Shown here piece by piece: positions 52,780 through 62,399 of a stretch of DNA of 64,000 nucleotides (position 1 is the first letter of the stretch; the number at the start of each line of letters is the position of its first letter). A model generated the notes under the pieces. The model had not been told where the DNA came from, ran no database searches, and worked only from the letters and a program-made list of their open reading frames with translations. The translations under genes and the position numbers were made by a program. This stretch comes from Hallerella sp. (GTDB lineage: Bacteria > Bacillota_I > Bacilli_A > RFN20 > CAG-826): positions 1,681-65,680 of the forward strand of contig CAVJFO010000036.1 of the NCBI GenBank assembly GCA_963648925.1, given 5' to 3'.

Positions 52780-55700
52780 CAACATTTCTCTAGCGGAGCT
52801 AAGAAAAAAAGATAAGCCTTTTTCTTCGTGGATTCACGCTCATTTGCCTTTTCTTTTTGACAAATATTCGCTCTTTTATTACGGTCTCATAGTATTTATT
52901 TTGGGAATGCTTTGGTGCGGATATTCCCTAGTTACGAATTATTTCACTCAATTCTATCCTTGGACTGATTACACGGGGCAATATGTTACATTTACTTATT
53001 CTTTCTATGATACGTGGCATAAATTTCTTCGCACTGGTGTTTTCGAATTATATTCAACAGACACATATTTAGGGTCAGACAATATTGGCTCAAATAGCTA
53101 TTATGGCTTATTTGACCCATTTTTAATTATTTGTTACATCCTTCCTCGTTCAATAATCCCTCAAACGTATGTTATCGCGACTTTCTTTAAGGGGGTCGTT
53201 GGCGCTTTAGGATGCAGAGCCTACCTTAAATATTTAGGATGTTCTGAAGGGGCAAGCCGTCTTGGTGGGGTTGCTTTTGCTTTTAATGGCTACATCAATT
53301 TCATGGTTGGATTCCCTTCGGTCGTTTCTTCAACTGCAATGGTTCCATGGATATTGTTAGGAATCGAAAAAGTCATCAAAGAGAAAAAAGTTCTAACCTT
53401 ATCGATTGCTTTGGCATTTTTAGGACTCATATCTTTCTTCTTCTTAGTTGTAGTTTGCATTTTTGGTGTTTTATACGCTATTTGGAGATATCTTTGGACG
53501 ATTAGAAACAGAAATTGGAAAGATAATATTTTCGTTCCTTTGCTTGGTGTGATGGCTTTTGCTTGCGGAATAATGCTTTGTTCATGGTCGTTATTCCCTT
53601 CCTTAAGAGAATCTTCTTTATCTGGTCGAACAATTTCCATTGGCATGGCCTATTGGAACTCCTTAAAGATGTCTATTGTTACTTTAGATTTCCCTACATT
53701 GTTTGCAAGGCTTTTTGAACTTGTTGGACAGCATCCTGGAAGAGAACTTCAAGGAATGATTGGCTTCTTCTATCCAACATACGGTTATCTTGCTTTGCCT
53801 ATTGCAAGCGGAATGAATTCGTCTGGTGGCATTCAATATGACGCATGGGTTGCTTCGCTTTTCTGCTATACGCCTATGGTAATTCTTTTCTGGATCGCCT
53901 TCGTTTCCTCGATCAGAAGAAAAAAGATTTCGCATATTATCGCCTTTGCTTTGATTGGCTATTTGGTTTTTACTGATTTTGCTTATTTCTTCTTCTACGC
54001 CTTTACTGGTGATGGGTATGGAAGATGGTATATAGTTCTTATTCCAGTCATTATTTATTATGCAGCGCAAGAATTTGACAGACTCAAGGATGAACCAAAA
54101 TGGGTTCCAATCTCTGGCGCGGCTTTATCGTTATTCCTTGCCGTCCTTACTTGGGTTCTTTGCATTGTTGTCCTTAAAGATAAGACGTTTGAGACGAGTC
54201 TAACAACATATTGGGTGACTAAATATAGTGTTCCATCCGTTGTTTCCGGTCATTCAACTATGTGGATAGTTTATTTCCAATTAGGAATGGACGCGGCTGT
54301 TGGATTGTTAATCGTTCTTGTTAAGAAAAAAGAAGTTCTTTTACGAATTCTTGGAACAATAGTTGTTGTTGAAACTATTCTCTATGGCAATATCTCTTTT
54401 GCTTATATGGGAACTTGGAACTATAACAATTGGAATGGTGGAGTTGAATATCGTAATGATGTAACAAGCGCGTTCAAGCAAATTAACGCCGAAGATTCTT
54501 CCTATTTCCGCGCAACATTAGAAGGAATGCCAGAAAAGAACGCTCAAGAAGTATTTGATTTTAATGGAACAAGTAATTTCCATTCCCTTTTTAACTATGA
54601 TGTGAACCAACTTTCTTTATATTCCCATATGAATCGTCATGAATATGAAGGAACGGCCTATGGTCAAACGTATTACCGCAAATCTTGGTCCTCATTCTAT
54701 GGCAATAAGCGTTTAGGCGCTGATATGGCTTTCAATATTAAATATTACGGTGTAAAACGTGAGGGATATGGAAAGCTTGAGAATAATTTAACTAGCGAAG
54801 AATACAATAAATATCTTAATTCCGATAATGTTCCATGGGATTCTGAATTAGTTTATGGATCTAACGAAACAAAGATGAGAATCTATCGCTCCTCGTTAAT
54901 CGACACTAATAGTTTTGGCCATGCGGTTGATAATTTATACAAACAAAACAAAGACGAGACATCGACTTATAAAGATGATTTTTATAATGCGACTGGAACT
55001 TATTCGACATTTAATGAAATCAATAGAAATGAGGAAGTGTATACTTCAGGTGCTATCATCCAAGATAGCGATGTTGACGCTCTTTCTTCTGAAGGATTTG
55101 TGTATTCAAGCAAACCTGAATCTTCCTCTCTATTAAAGAATGTCGCTCTTAAAAAGGTCGTTTATCGCCATAGCGATCTTAACTTCCTTGGATATTCATC
55201 ATCCGAAAAGAAAACATACGGTCCGACCTATTTCTTAACTCATTACGATAAGATTAAAACGTCTACTGGAAGTACGTATGTTCCTGATTATGAAACAGTC
55301 GTATATTCTCCTTCAAATGGTGCGACATATTTCAATGAAGATAATTCGGGCGCATACATTTCCTTGATGTTTAATATGAGTAATACGTCAAAGACTAGAG
55401 TCTTCATGATTGGTGATTTTACCGATGAAGATGGAGTCTTGCATGAGAATCAGCTTCTTTGCTATGACTACAATACTCTTACAACCTATACCTCATCAAA
55501 AATTTCTGGTGCGTCAAGCGCTGATGTCTATGGTTTCTATCCAAAAGGCAAGGTTAAATACATTTGTTTAAATGCTAAGCCATCTGACTACAGCGGTAGT
55601 GGAGTCGATAACGATGCTGCGTATATTCCATCAACATTTGGCGTATATGTTGCAAACCGTTCCGATGTTGAAACGTTCTATAACAAATATAAATCTGCTG

Positions 55701-56044
55701 AATACGCCTTAAACAATGTTAAATATTCAACGAATAAGGTTACTTTCACTTCTAATTTCGTAGAAAAGAAACTTGTTGTTACTACGCTTGGTTATGATGC
55801 TGGCTGGAAAGTCTACGCTACATCAGAGAATGGAAATTCCAAAGAATGCCCAGTCTATAAACTTGATGGTGGTTTTGTTGGATTTGTTGCTCCAGAAGGT
55901 GAAACAACCTACGTTATGAAATATCAAACCCCTTATCTAAAAGAAGGGGCAATCCTTGCTTCAAGTGCAGTCATAATCCTTTCTTCTTATGTTATCGGTA
56001 GATTCATCTATCAAATAAGAAAAAGAAAAAAAGAATTGGCTTAA
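52754..56044 (+). CDS. yfhO: YfhO-family polytopic membrane protein (putative glycosyltransferase for surface glycopolymers), 1096 aa
   Basis: N-terminal YfhO pattern: YPWTDYTGQYVTFTYSFYDTWHKFLRTGVFELYSTDTYLGSDNIGSNSYYGLFDPF. More than 12 TM, a large soluble segment (aa about 560-1060) and a terminal TM. Confidence 0.7.
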   Translation: METEAKQNNNISLAELRKKDKPFSSWIHAHLPFLFDKYSLFYYGLIVFILGMLWCGYSLVTNYFTQFYPWTDYTGQYVTFTYSFYDTWHKFLRTGVFELYSTDTYLGSDNIGSNSYYGLFDPFLIICYILPRSIIPQTYVIATFFKGVVGALGCRAYLKYLGCSEGASRLGGVAFAFNGYINFMVGFPSVVSSTAMVPWILLGIEKVIKEKKVLTLSIALAFLGLISFFFLVVVCIFGVLYAIWRYLWTIRNRNWKDNIFVPLLGVMAFACGIMLCSWSLFPSLRESSLSGRTISIGMAYWNSLKMSIVTLDFPTLFARLFELVGQHPGRELQGMIGFFYPTYGYLALPIASGMNSSGGIQYDAWVASLFCYTPMVILFWIAFVSSIRRKKISHIIAFALIGYLVFTDFAYFFFYAFTGDGYGRWYIVLIPVIIYYAAQEFDRLKDEPKWVPISGAALSLFLAVLTWVLCIVVLKDKTFETSLTTYWVTKYSVPSVVSGHSTMWIVYFQLGMDAAVGLLIVLVKKKEVLLRILGTIVVVETILYGNISFAYMGTWNYNNWNGGVEYRNDVTSAFKQINAEDSSYFRATLEGMPEKNAQEVFDFNGTSNFHSLFNYDVNQLSLYSHMNRHEYEGTAYGQTYYRKSWSSFYGNKRLGADMAFNIKYYGVKREGYGKLENNLTSEEYNKYLNSDNVPWDSELVYGSNETKMRIYRSSLIDTNSFGHAVDNLYKQNKDETSTYKDDFYNATGTYSTFNEINRNEEVYTSGAIIQDSDVDALSSEGFVYSSKPESSSLLKNVALKKVVYRHSDLNFLGYSSSEKKTYGPTYFLTHYDKIKTSTGSTYVPDYETVVYSPSNGATYFNEDNSGAYISLMFNMSNTSKTRVFMIGDFTDEDGVLHENQLLCYDYNTLTTYTSSKISGASSADVYGFYPKGKVKYICLNAKPSDYSGSGVDNDAAYIPSTFGVYVANRSDVETFYNKYKSAEYALNNVKYSTNKVTFTSNFVEKKLVVTTLGYDAGWKVYATSENGNSKECPVYKLDGGFVGFVAPEGETTYVMKYQTPYLKEGAILASSAVIILSSYVIGRFIYQIRKRKKELA

Positions 56045-56901
56045 TTCTTCCAATTCTTTAAATAAATGTCATAGACACGGTTTTTAGGGACGTTTAGCTT
56101 TGCTGCAACATCTTTAATCGCATCTTTGCTTTTCAATGTATTAAGAGACTCGGTTAATGAAGAAATGATATCCTCATCCGTTGTTTCCTTTGCTATTTCT
56201 TTAGCTCCTTCAACAACGATTACCATCTCTCCAATGAGCGTTTCAGGGGGTACGTTAGTTAATTCTTCGAGACTACCTCTTAGAAATTCTTCATGTGTTT
56301 TCGTTAATTCTCTTGCTAAAGAAGCACGTCTTTCATTTCCTAAAATCAAAGCCATATCTTTTAATGTGTCTTCAATCCTATGAGGCGATTCATAGAAAAT
56401 TATCGTGTCTTTAAAGTCTTTCAAACTTTCGAGCTGTTTTCTTCTAGCAGACGGTTTGCTATCTAAAAAGCCATAAAAATAGAAGTGCTTACTTGGAATT
56501 CCAGAACCAACAAGCGCACAGATTCCTGCATTAGGTCCATTGATAACAGAAACCTTATATCCTGCATCGATCACTTTTTTAGCAAGTCTTTCACCTGGAT
56601 CGGATATTAATGGGTATCCAGCGTCAGACATATAGGCAACCTTTTTTCCTTCTTCCATCAAAGAAAGAATTTTTTCGGTTGCTTTCTCTTCATTGTGTTC
56701 ATGACAAGAAATAAGTGGTATATCAAAACCAAAACGTTTTAGAAGAAGACCGGAATTTCTTGTGTCCTCGCATGCGACAAAATCTATCTCCTTAAGAACG
56801 TTTATTGCTCTTGGCGTGAACTCCTCAAGGTTACCAATTGGAGTGGCGATAAGGTAAAGCAAGGGGGTTTTGCCGGTGAAATTTAATTCTCGCTTAATCA
56901 T
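56041..56901 (-). CDS. rsmI: 16S rRNA (cytidine1402-2'-O)-methyltransferase
   Basis: LYLIATPIGNLEEFTPRAINVLKEIDFVACEDTRNSGLLLKRFG, 286 aa. Confidence 0.9.
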   Translation of the reverse strand: MIKRELNFTGKTPLLYLIATPIGNLEEFTPRAINVLKEIDFVACEDTRNSGLLLKRFGFDIPLISCHEHNEEKATEKILSLMEEGKKVAYMSDAGYPLISDPGERLAKKVIDAGYKVSVINGPNAGICALVGSGIPSKHFYFYGFLDSKPSARRKQLESLKDFKDTIIFYESPHRIEDTLKDMALILGNERRASLARELTKTHEEFLRGSLEELTNVPPETLIGEMVIVVEGAKEIAKETTDEDIISSLTESLNTLKSKDAIKDVAAKLNVPKNRVYDIYLKNWKN

Positions 56902-57970
56902 TTTTATTATCTTGCTTTCTCTTGTTGGTGCTTTGAGGTTGTTGTTTATTTCCGTTTTTGTTATTTACCGGGGCGTTTCTATTTTTCTTTTGAAAATTAT
57001 TTTTTTGCTGGTTGGCGTTTCTTTGCTGATTGTTGTTAATATTCTTTTGCTGATTGCTGTTATTATTCTTTTGTTGATTGTTATTTTGGTTGTTTTGGCT
57101 CTTCTGAGAGTTATTCTCATTCTTCGTTTGATTATTCTCTTTAGCCTTATAAGATGATGGATGCAATATTCTGTTGTAATCATCAAGGCTGATGAACTGA
57201 ACATCGTCAACGCTCGTTAATTTAATTGAACGAGACATTATATTGAAAGAAGAGACGGTGTATTCGCCTGTTTCCAATTTGATCTTGTCTCCGATATGAG
57301 GGAAACTCTTTTTCGCTTCAGTATACATATCATCTTCGAATAAAAGACAACATTTAAGTCTTCCGCATTGTCCAGAAAGCTTAGGGATGTTTAGCGTGAG
57401 CATCTGATTTTTTGCACGTGAAATAGAAATCCCATCAAAGGATTTAAGGAATGTTGAACAGCATAAAGGCAATCCACATATGCCCATTCCTCCAACGGAT
57501 TTTGCTTTATCTCTTGGCGCTATCTGATGGAGTTCGATACGGCATTTCAATAAAGACGCAAGGACTCTAAGCAACTCACGGAAATCAACACGTCCTTCTG
57601 CGGTATATGTGATGGTTATTTTTGTTCCGTCTAAAGAATATTTAGCATCGATAAAAGACATGCCAAGATTTAGCTTTTTTGCTTCTCTGTCGGCAATCTT
57701 TAATGACGAAGCAGCTTGAATGTTGGCCATTTCATATGCTTCAAGATCATCTGGGGAGGCTCTACGGACAATGGCTTTTAACTCTAAGGAAGAACGATAC
57801 ATGTCCATGCTTAGTGGTTTGCTTGTGACAATGCCCATTTCAAAGCCTGCGACTGTATCTACGATAACATAAACTCCTTCCACGAGTTCGGGATCGTTCG
57901 TTCCAAAATAATAAGATTTTTCGCCATTAGGGAACCTAACAGGGGCGAAATGAGTGAAATTAGTAATCAT
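56894..57970 (-). CDS. ricT: PSP1-domain protein RicT/YaaT with an Asn/Gln/Lys-rich C-terminal extension
   Basis: PSP1 core (CGLPLCCSTFL, LSGQCGRLKCCLLFE). The last roughly 85 aa are N/Q/K low complexity. Confidence 0.85.
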   Translation of the reverse strand: MITNFTHFAPVRFPNGEKSYYFGTNDPELVEGVYVIVDTVAGFEMGIVTSKPLSMDMYRSSLELKAIVRRASPDDLEAYEMANIQAASSLKIADREAKKLNLGMSFIDAKYSLDGTKITITYTAEGRVDFRELLRVLASLLKCRIELHQIAPRDKAKSVGGMGICGLPLCCSTFLKSFDGISISRAKNQMLTLNIPKLSGQCGRLKCCLLFEDDMYTEAKKSFPHIGDKIKLETGEYTVSSFNIMSRSIKLTSVDDVQFISLDDYNRILHPSSYKAKENNQTKNENNSQKSQNNQNNNQQKNNNSNQQKNINNNQQRNANQQKNNFQKKNRNAPVNNKNGNKQQPQSTNKRKQDNKND

Positions 57971-58968
57971 ATTTTTACCTCCGTGATAAAAAGGAATAGA
58001 TGCATCAAAGCCATTGTGGAATTGATGTTTGTGTTTAAGATATTTCTTGTTTTTAGAATCTCCGTCAAAGATTCGTTTAAGTGTTTTAAAGAATAAGCAA
58101 TAACAGAAATGCGATCTTTATACGACATTAATGATATATTTTGCTTTTCTTTAAGTGATATAGCATCTTTGAAGGCTAGAGCAAGCATATCTAAAAACAT
58201 TTGAGGGGTGAGGAATTCAGCGTTCTTCTTTGCACTAAGTAAGAAAGGCAAAGTGACGTTTTCAAATTGGAAAATGACATCATCTGGTTGTCTAGAAAAC
58301 GATTCAAGAGTATCAATGAAGATATTTTTTCCATTTTTGTAAGATTCATCAAGACTCTTTTCTTTTAGGATTTGAGCATTGTTAAAGAAAGGAACTAAAA
58401 GTTCCGCATCATCTTTGTTTACGCCAAGAGAAATTGCTTCTTCTTTAACGATATCTTTTGGAACAAGAACCATTCTAATTTTCTCACAGCGCGAAATGAT
58501 AGTTGGCAAAACTTTTGTTTCATTTTCGGTTGTAAGAATAGCGTATGTTTTTGCTGGTGGTTCCTCTAAAAATTTAAGCAAGGAGTTTATTGCCTGAATA
58601 TTCATATTCTCGACAAGGTTGATTATATAAATCATGACTCCTTTTGACTCCATTGGCGTTTTCGAAAAATCTCCAACGATATCTTGGATGTCGCCTTTTT
58701 TGATTTGGCCATCTCTCCCATCTAATACTGCATAATCCGCATATGTTTTGTGATCGATTCTTTTGCATGAAGAGCAATTATCGCATGCTAAAGGAGATGG
58801 ATTATCGCACACTAAAGATTTGGCGATATAGGTCGCAGTTTCCATCAATGGGATGCCATTTTCACCAGAAAGAAGGTATGCGTGTGCTAATTTTCCGCTT
58901 GAAATAGATTTCGCAAACGTTTGATATAGCAATGGCTGATATGTTTGAAGATAATCTTTAAAATCCAT
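57967..58968 (-). CDS. holB: DNA polymerase III subunit delta'
   Basis: KLAHAYLLSG, zinc-module-like CDNCSSCKRI, LLKFLEEPP, SRC motif. Confidence 0.85.
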   Translation of the reverse strand: MDFKDYLQTYQPLLYQTFAKSISSGKLAHAYLLSGENGIPLMETATYIAKSLVCDNPSPLACDNCSSCKRIDHKTYADYAVLDGRDGQIKKGDIQDIVGDFSKTPMESKGVMIYIINLVENMNIQAINSLLKFLEEPPAKTYAILTTENETKVLPTIISRCEKIRMVLVPKDIVKEEAISLGVNKDDAELLVPFFNNAQILKEKSLDESYKNGKNIFIDTLESFSRQPDDVIFQFENVTLPFLLSAKKNAEFLTPQMFLDMLALAFKDAISLKEKQNISLMSYKDRISVIAYSLKHLNESLTEILKTRNILNTNINSTMALMHLFLFITEVKI

Positions 58969-59588
58969 TATTTTCCTATTCTTTGATTGATTTCTTTCAT
59001 AACCGAATTATAAACGGTTTCTTTATCTTTACTAGCGTCGATGATGACGATTCTATTCGGATAGCGTTTTGCTAATTCAAGAAAAGCGTTCCTTACATTA
59101 TGATGGAATGATAATTTTTCTACATCAAGGCGATTGACTTCTCTATTAGAATTGGCGGCAATTCTTCTTAAACCTTCTTCTGGTTCGATATCAAAGAAGA
59201 AGGTAATATCAGGCTCTAGTCCTTCAGTCGCATACTGGTTTACTTTATAAATCTCATCGATTCCTAACCCTCTTGCAACTCCTTGATATGCTAAAGAAGA
59301 ATCGAGGAAACGATCAGATATAACGATTTTTCCTTCTTTTAGTGAAGGTAAAATCTTTTGAACGATATGTTGTCTTCTAGCGGCTGCATAAAGAAGTGCT
59401 TCAGTGCGTGGGTCCATATCCGTATTCTTCTTATCTAGAATTACGTTTCTAATTTCTTCGGATATTGGGGTTCCGCCTGGTTCTCTAGTAAGAATGACTT
59501 GTTTGCCATTATTTTTTAATGCCTCAACGACATGATTGATGCAAGTTGTTTTACCAGAGCCTTCTCCGCCTTCAAATGTAATAAACAT
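58968..59588 (-). CDS. tmk: thymidylate kinase
   Basis: MFITFEGGEGSGKTT, TREPGGT, DRF..SSLAYQG. Confidence 0.9.
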   Translation of the reverse strand: MFITFEGGEGSGKTTCINHVVEALKNNGKQVILTREPGGTPISEEIRNVILDKKNTDMDPRTEALLYAAARRQHIVQKILPSLKEGKIVISDRFLDSSLAYQGVARGLGIDEIYKVNQYATEGLEPDITFFFDIEPEEGLRRIAANSNREVNRLDVEKLSFHHNVRNAFLELAKRYPNRIVIIDASKDKETVYNSVMKEINQRIGK

Positions 59589-59590
59589 AA

Positions 59591-60187
59591 TTAAATTTTC
59601 CTTCTCCCTTCAAAGGCTTTGCTTAATGTTAGTGGGTCGGTGTAGTCAAGGGATGAACCCATTGGCAAACCATAACCAAGCCTTGTGACATTAGCTTTTC
59701 CTTCAAGCAATTTAGCGATATATAAAGAGGTTGTTTCTCCTTCAAGCGTAGAAGAAGTGGCAAGAATTACTTCCTTAACGTCATTTTGCTCAATTCTATT
59801 TAATAAAGTTTCAATGGTAAGATTTTCTGCGAGGATTCCTTTAGCAAGATTTATTGATCCGCCTAAGATATGGTAAATTCCTTTGAAAGTATTCATTTTC
59901 TCAATGGCATATGCATCTTTTGCTTCAGAAACTACGCAAATAAGACCATGATCTCTTTCGGAATCTACGCAAATATCGCAAGGCCCATCGTTTTCCGTGT
60001 ACAAACCACAATCAGGACATTTATGAACTTTTGATGACAATGTTGCTATTGCCTCAGCAAAAGCTCTTCTATCTTCTTCCTTGAAATTCAAAACGGCGTA
60101 AGCCATTCTTTCGGCTGATTTAACTCCTACCCCAGGTAGTTTTGAAAACGAATCGATTAGATTTTGAATCGAAGCGAGTTCTTTCAT
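59591..60187 (-). CDS. recR: recombination protein RecR
   Basis: LPGVGVKSAERMAY, zinc finger CPDCGLYTENDGPCDIC, Toprim region. Confidence 0.95.
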   Translation of the reverse strand: MKELASIQNLIDSFSKLPGVGVKSAERMAYAVLNFKEEDRRAFAEAIATLSSKVHKCPDCGLYTENDGPCDICVDSERDHGLICVVSEAKDAYAIEKMNTFKGIYHILGGSINLAKGILAENLTIETLLNRIEQNDVKEVILATSSTLEGETTSLYIAKLLEGKANVTRLGYGLPMGSSLDYTDPLTLSKAFEGRRKI

Positions 60188-60489
60188 TAGAATAATCCGC
60201 CAGCACGGCCAGTTATTTCTTCTTCGATTTTTGCTGATTCTTCGCTAATTTGATCTAAAGCTTCGTTTAATGCGGCAATGATTGTATCTTGAATCATTTC
60301 TGCATCATCTGGGTTTAAGGCATCTTTTTCAATTTCGATTGATTTGACCTTTTTATCTCCGCTTAAGATGACAGTGACTAAGCCTGCTTTTTCAACTTTA
60401 AATTCTTTTGCTTCAAGCTCAGCGTGGGCTTTTTGAATTTGACGTTGCATTTTTTGAGCTTGCATAAGCATTTGTTGCATTTGGTTCAT
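60187..60489 (-). CDS. ybaB: YbaB/EbfC-family nucleoid-associated protein
   Basis: 100 aa, MQQMLMQAQKMQ..., located between dnaX and recR. Confidence 0.9.
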   Translation of the reverse strand: MNQMQQMLMQAQKMQRQIQKAHAELEAKEFKVEKAGLVTVILSGDKKVKSIEIEKDALNPDDAEMIQDTIIAALNEALDQISEESAKIEEEITGRAGGLF

Positions 60490-60508
60490 GTTATATTTCT
60501 CCTTTTAT

Positions 60509-62278
60509 TTACATTGGTAATTTAAGTTCAACTTCTTCTTTTTTAGGAAGAGAAGAGATTTGTTGTTTGGCAAAGAATTCTTTTTGGACTCTCGATTGAA
60601 CTTCAGGGTCGATAGCGTATATGAATACTTTTCTTCCCAAAAGAGAGGCTAAGAGTTCCTGCATTGGAAGTTGGTTAGAAACGATGTTAGCTTTTTTAGC
60701 TTTGGCTTGGTAACGATAAGAAATTATCAAGGCTTCGTTACACAAAGCATAAGGCTGCCCTTCATATAGGAGATTGGCTAATGGCCCAATCACTGGATCG
60801 AGACGAAGGCTTTCTAATCCTTTCCAATTGTTTTTCAAAATCATCTTTTCGTTTTTATCAGCTAAAACCATGATATTGATTAATTGGTCATCAGCTAAAG
60901 ATAGCGTTGGGCCATCTGAAGCAATATTCGGCCTTGTTATCTTTGAAGTGTCAATCTTTTTGACTGGTTTTGGCTCAACTTTTGGTGCTGGCTGAGGCTT
61001 TGGGGCAGGTGCAACCTTTTCTTCGACTATTGGTTTATCTTCTTCAAATAACCAGTCAGGTGCTTCATTTTCGACTACACGCATCGGCTCTTTTTTAATC
61101 GGAGCTGGTTGTGGAGCAGGCTTTGGCTCTTCTTTTTTCTCTGGTTTAACCTCAATTTTTGGGGTTGGTTTAACTTGAGATACAACGTTGTCCTCTTGCT
61201 TATCTTCTTTTGATGCAATACGTAACAATGTTAATTCAAATAACGAACGAATATCTGAAACGTTTTTGAAATCATTTTGAGCGGAGATAAGTTCGTTTAA
61301 CATGAAGTTGCAGTCTTTTGGACTGATTTTCTTCGACAATTCTTTTGCATGTTCGACGCTTAACTCATCCATCAAAGATGAATCAACTGTTTTTTCATAT
61401 ATCAGTAAGTCTTTTAAGAAGGTAATAAGTTCAGCGACCAATCTTCTAATGTCGATTCCGCCAGCTAAATATGATTCGGATTTTCCGACAACTCTAGCGA
61501 CATCTCCGTTTCTAAGAGAAAGAAGTAAGTCTACTTTTTCGTCATCTGATGCCAACCCATAGATTGCTAAGACGTCCTCTTCGTTCAAAGATGATGAAGA
61601 GAAAGCGAGAACTTGATCAAGAATCGACAAAGCATCACGCATACCGCCATCAGCAAGTTTCATAACTAAGCGAAGCGCTTTATTTTCATACGTTGCGTTT
61701 TCGTTTTGAAGAATCTCGATAAGTTTCTTTTCCATATCGTCTTCTGGGATTTTTCCGAAGTCAAATCTTTGGCAACGGGAAAGGATAGTCGGAAGAACTT
61801 TGTATGGTTCAGTGGTGCAAAGAATGAAAATAACATCCTCTGGTGGTTCTTCGATGGTTTTTAAAAGAGCGTTAAAAGCAGCGTCGGTCATCATATGAAC
61901 TTCGTCGATAATATAGACTTTATATCTACCTTTTAACGGGGCGTATGTGACTTTTTCAATTAAATCACGGACTTGATCAACACCATTGTTTGATGCGGCG
62001 TCAATTTCAATGACGTCTGGATGAGAGCCATCAGAAATCGAAGCGCAATTTGAACAATGATTGCATTGGTGACCAACACCCTCTTCACAATTTAAAGCTT
62101 TTGCTAAAAGACGCGCCATCGACGTTTTTCCAGTGCCACGAGGACCTGCAAAAAGATAGGCGTGAGCTAGCTTGTCATTTGCAAGAGCGTTTTTAAGAGT
62201 ACGCACAATAACGCTTTGTCCAGCAACCTCCTCGAAGGATTGCGGACGATATTTTAAATAGAGAGCTTTGTATGACAT
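60509..62278 (-). CDS. dnaX: DNA polymerase III subunit tau/gamma
   Basis: LYLKYRPQSFEEV.GQ, GPRGTGKTS, zinc module CNHCSNC, IIDEVHM, SRCQRF. Pro/Lys/Glu-rich linker. Confidence 0.95.
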   Translation of the reverse strand: MSYKALYLKYRPQSFEEVAGQSVIVRTLKNALANDKLAHAYLFAGPRGTGKTSMARLLAKALNCEEGVGHQCNHCSNCASISDGSHPDVIEIDAASNNGVDQVRDLIEKVTYAPLKGRYKVYIIDEVHMMTDAAFNALLKTIEEPPEDVIFILCTTEPYKVLPTILSRCQRFDFGKIPEDDMEKKLIEILQNENATYENKALRLVMKLADGGMRDALSILDQVLAFSSSSLNEEDVLAIYGLASDDEKVDLLLSLRNGDVARVVGKSESYLAGGIDIRRLVAELITFLKDLLIYEKTVDSSLMDELSVEHAKELSKKISPKDCNFMLNELISAQNDFKNVSDIRSLFELTLLRIASKEDKQEDNVVSQVKPTPKIEVKPEKKEEPKPAPQPAPIKKEPMRVVENEAPDWLFEEDKPIVEEKVAPAPKPQPAPKVEPKPVKKIDTSKITRPNIASDGPTLSLADDQLINIMVLADKNEKMILKNNWKGLESLRLDPVIGPLANLLYEGQPYALCNEALIISYRYQAKAKKANIVSNQLPMQELLASLLGRKVFIYAIDPEVQSRVQKEFFAKQQISSLPKKEEVELKLPM

Positions 62279-62399
62279 AATTTATTACCTCTATCATTAT
62301 ACAATTTTCTTTACGTTCTAACTAGTTAGAAGATGGTTTTTTATAGCCTAACAAGTCTTCCGCTTTTATGGTAAAATAAAAGCCGATTGGAGATTACCT

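Noticed and set aside
56870-57157. 95-aa plus-strand Leu/Ile/Val-rich ORF
   Set aside because: It is the antisense reading of the N/Q/K-rich repeat tail of ricT, and so a low-complexity artefact.
61125-61145. Possible dnaX programmed -1 frameshift at gagaaaaaagaag in the linker (analogous to E. coli A AAA AAG)
   Set aside because: The A-run is in phase AAA AAA G rather than X XXY YYZ. I saw no downstream stem-loop. The -1 frame continues for about 20 codons before a stop rather than terminating at once. The A-run is more likely just Lys codons in a K/E/P-rich linker.
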